From an uncultured Bacteroidales bacterium (GTDB lineage Bacteria; Bacteroidota; Bacteroidia; Bacteroidales; UBA12077), in assembly GCA_964635605.1 (NCBI GenBank), contig CAZWPU010000002.1, positions 1-39,018 of the forward strand: a stretch of DNA of 39,018 bases, read 5' to 3'. Positions within the stretch are counted from its first letter, which is position 1, and the number at the start of each line of letters is the position of its first letter. The position numbers were made by a program, and so were the translations under genes. Under the pieces are notes generated by a model. That model did no database searches and was not told where the DNA came from. It was given only the letters and a program-made list of their open reading frames with translations. Shown here in pieces: positions 37,100 to 39,018 of the stretch.

Positions 37100-39018
37100 T
37101 TATTTGTAAATGTAGTGATTTATTTTTTCAATCAAAACATCTTTTTTTAATGGTTTGGCTACGTAATCATCACAACCATTTTTAAGGCAAATGTAACAAT
37201 CGTCGTATAATGCATAAGCTGTTTGTGCTATTACCGGAATATCTGGATTAATCGCTTTAATTATTTGAGTTGTTTCCAATCCATCCATTTGTGGGAGATG
37301 GATGTCCATTAGTACTATTTGTATTGTTTGATCTTGTCTTATAATTTCAACAGCTTCTTCTCCTGTTTTTGCTGATAAAACTATTGCTCCGTTTTTTTCT
37401 AATAGTGTACGTAAAAATTCTAAATTATCGGTATTGTCTTCAACCACTAATATTTTAATATTATCCCATTTCTGCAGAATTGCTTTTTTATCATTCATAA
37501 TCAATTTTTCACTATTAACTAAAGAATCATATTTATCAGGAACAGTAAAATAAAATGTTGTTTCGTTATGGGTTGATTCAAACCAAATTTTTCCTCCTAA
37601 CAGTTTCGCGAATCCCTTACAGATAGAAAGGCCCAGGCCGGTTCCTTTATAGGTTTTATTATTTTGGCTTTTGATTTGTCCAAAACGTTTAAAGATAATG
37701 GATGATTTTTCTTCAGGTATTCCAATTCCAGAGTCTGAAACATAAAACCGAAAATAAGGAATTTTATTAATTTTTATCGCTTCGTAACCTACTTTTATAT
37801 ATCCTTTATTGGTAAATTTTAATGCATTATTCAGCAAATTACTTAATATTTGTTTTAACCGGACAATATCGGTATAAATTTGTGGATTATCCTTTTGTTT
37901 ATTAATCGTAAAGCTAATATGTTCTTTATTTAGTCGATGTTGTTCCTGTTTAAATTGAAGGTAGATGTCGTCCATTATGGTATTAAGGCATGCAGAAGAT
38001 TTGTTTATTGAGAGTTGTTCGGCTTCAATTTTTGCAATATCTATAATATCATCAATCAGTTTTAATAATTGTTTCCCGTTGGAATTAATGATTTTAATAT
38101 AGGTTTCTTTTTCTTCGTCGTTAATAAAGGGATCGCGAAGCAGTTCGGCAAAACCTAAAATTCCGTTCATGGGCGTTCTGATTTCGTGCGACATATTGGC
38201 TAAAAAAGCAGATTTAAGCCTGTCGCTTTCTTCGGCTTTTTCCTTAGCTAAGGTTAATTGCTTTAGAAGTTGTTTTTGTTCCGTTATGTCGCTGGCAATT
38301 CCGGCTCTTCTATAAAGCTCTCCTTTTTCATTAAAAACCGGGAAAGTTCGTATCCAAAGCCATCGGATTTCTCCGTCTGGCCGTATTATTCGATGTTGAT
38401 AATAATGTGTTTTTTCTGGATAATTTTGATTTTCTAGTTTTTGACTAATCGCTTCCTCTTTATCCTCAGGATGAATCCATTGTTCATATTCGTTAAAATT
38501 TTCAAAAATATTTTTAGAATTTTCTCCAATAATTTTTTTACAAGCCGGATTCATATAAATAACTTTTTGGTCGAGTGTACGTAGCCAAAAGGCATCGTTT
38601 ATATTATTGGTCAGTTGGTGAAAATTTTTTTCACTCCTTTTAAGTTTTTCAATTAAATTTTTTTGGGCAGAAATATTAACAATTATTCCTCGCAAACCTT
38701 TTATTTTATTGTTTTGAAGAATAGGATTCGAGTATACCAAAACGGGAAATCTTTTTCCTTTTTTGGTAATGGCCATATATTCTATTCCTTTTGAATTTTC
38801 AATTTTATTTTCAAAATTTTTTTTAATATTCTCCCTGGCTCTGAATATATGTTCAGGAGCAATCATTTGTAAAGCATGAAGTCCCTTTTTGAAATCTTCA
38901 GGAGTATATCCAAATATTTCGTATGCTTTTAAGTTTATAAAAGTTAAGTTTCCTTGTATATCTGTTTCATAAACAACTTCGGGCAAAAGAGTAGCTAGGT
39001 CTTTAAACTTTTCTTCGC
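37100..39018 (-). CDS. PAS-containing hybrid sensor histidine kinase/response regulator (5' end outside the window)
   Basis: At least two PAS modules, HisKA H-box FLANMSHEIRTPMNGI, HATPase_c (GTGLGLSICKG) and C-terminal REC (ILVVEDN...VLMDIHLPQMDG...KP). The frame stays open from 38986 to the window edge (EEKFKDLATLLPEV...), so the TTG 'start' in the ORF track is an artefact. Confidence 0.9.
   Translation of the reverse strand, partial: EEKFKDLATLLPEVVYETDIQGNLTFINLKAYEIFGYTPEDFKKGLHALQMIAPEHIFRARENIKKNFENKIENSKGIEYMAITKKGKRFPVLVYSNPILQNNKIKGLRGIIVNISAQKNLIEKLKRSEKNFHQLTNNINDAFWLRTLDQKVIYMNPACKKIIGENSKNIFENFNEYEQWIHPEDKEEAISQKLENQNYPEKTHYYQHRIIRPDGEIRWLWIRTFPVFNEKGELYRRAGIASDITEQKQLLKQLTLAKEKAEESDRLKSAFLANMSHEIRTPMNGILGFAELLRDPFINDEEKETYIKIINSNGKQLLKLIDDIIDIAKIEAEQLSINKSSACLNTIMDDIYLQFKQEQHRLNKEHISFTINKQKDNPQIYTDIVRLKQILSNLLNNALKFTNKGYIKVGYEAIKINKIPYFRFYVSDSGIGIPEEKSSIIFKRFGQIKSQNNKTYKGTGLGLSICKGFAKLLGGKIWFESTHNETTFYFTVPDKYDSLVNSEKLIMNDKKAILQKWDNIKILVVEDNTDNLEFLRTLLEKNGAIVLSAKTGEEAVEIIRQDQTIQIVLMDIHLPQMDGLETTQIIKAINPDIPVIAQTAYALYDDCYICLKNGCDDYVAKPLKKDVLIEKINHYIYK

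Noticed and set aside
38986-39018. TTG start codon for the hybrid kinase at 38986, as given in the ORF track
   Set aside because: The same frame is open to the window edge and encodes a sensible PAS-domain lead-in (EEKFKDLATLLPEV...). The gene is therefore truncated by the window.
1-39018. CRISPR arrays, tRNA/rRNA genes, IS elements, integrases, prophage or plasmid genes
   Set aside because: No spaced direct repeats, no non-coding gap with tRNA-like G/C-rich stems, and no transposase, integrase or phage-like ORFs were seen. Every gap longer than 100 bp was inspected by eye, though not with a covariance model.

Overview
AT-rich chromosomal segment, most likely from a Bacteroidota genome. The taxon is inferred from DUF4271/DUF4292-type genes, many lipoprotein signals and TAnnTTTG-like -7 boxes; it was not searched. 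Positions 1-24236 are almost entirely ordinary housekeeping genes, mostly on the minus strand: rnpA, hemD-like, uvrC, adenine deaminase, mnmG, ybeY, dut, pheS, ruvB and nadA, plus an envelope cluster and a patatin/Omp85 protein. The second half is more unusual. (i) A 622-bp ORF-free intergenic region between nadA and rpiB has about 13% G+C by hand count. It is packed with TGTTAA/TTAACA motifs, including a helically phased five-hexamer array. (ii) An apparent operon is led by a 1,391-aa leaderless protein that fuses a GT4-like glycosyltransferase, about 480 aa of unassignable sequence and a C-terminal phosphodiester-glycosidase (NAGPA/DUF2233-like) domain. It is followed by hemW, a 4xPAS HisKA_3 histidine kinase and a REC-only response regulator, and is closed by a convergent 428-aa paralogue of the fusion's glycosyltransferase module. 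This locus is my best candidate for an undescribed system. A perfect 14-bp palindrome, GTTCCACGTGGAAC, occurs twice between mnmG and ade, and again at 13/14 inside the giant ORF. I saw no rRNA, tRNA, CRISPR array, transposase or integrase. All product calls rest on motif and family recognition by eye; no database search was possible.
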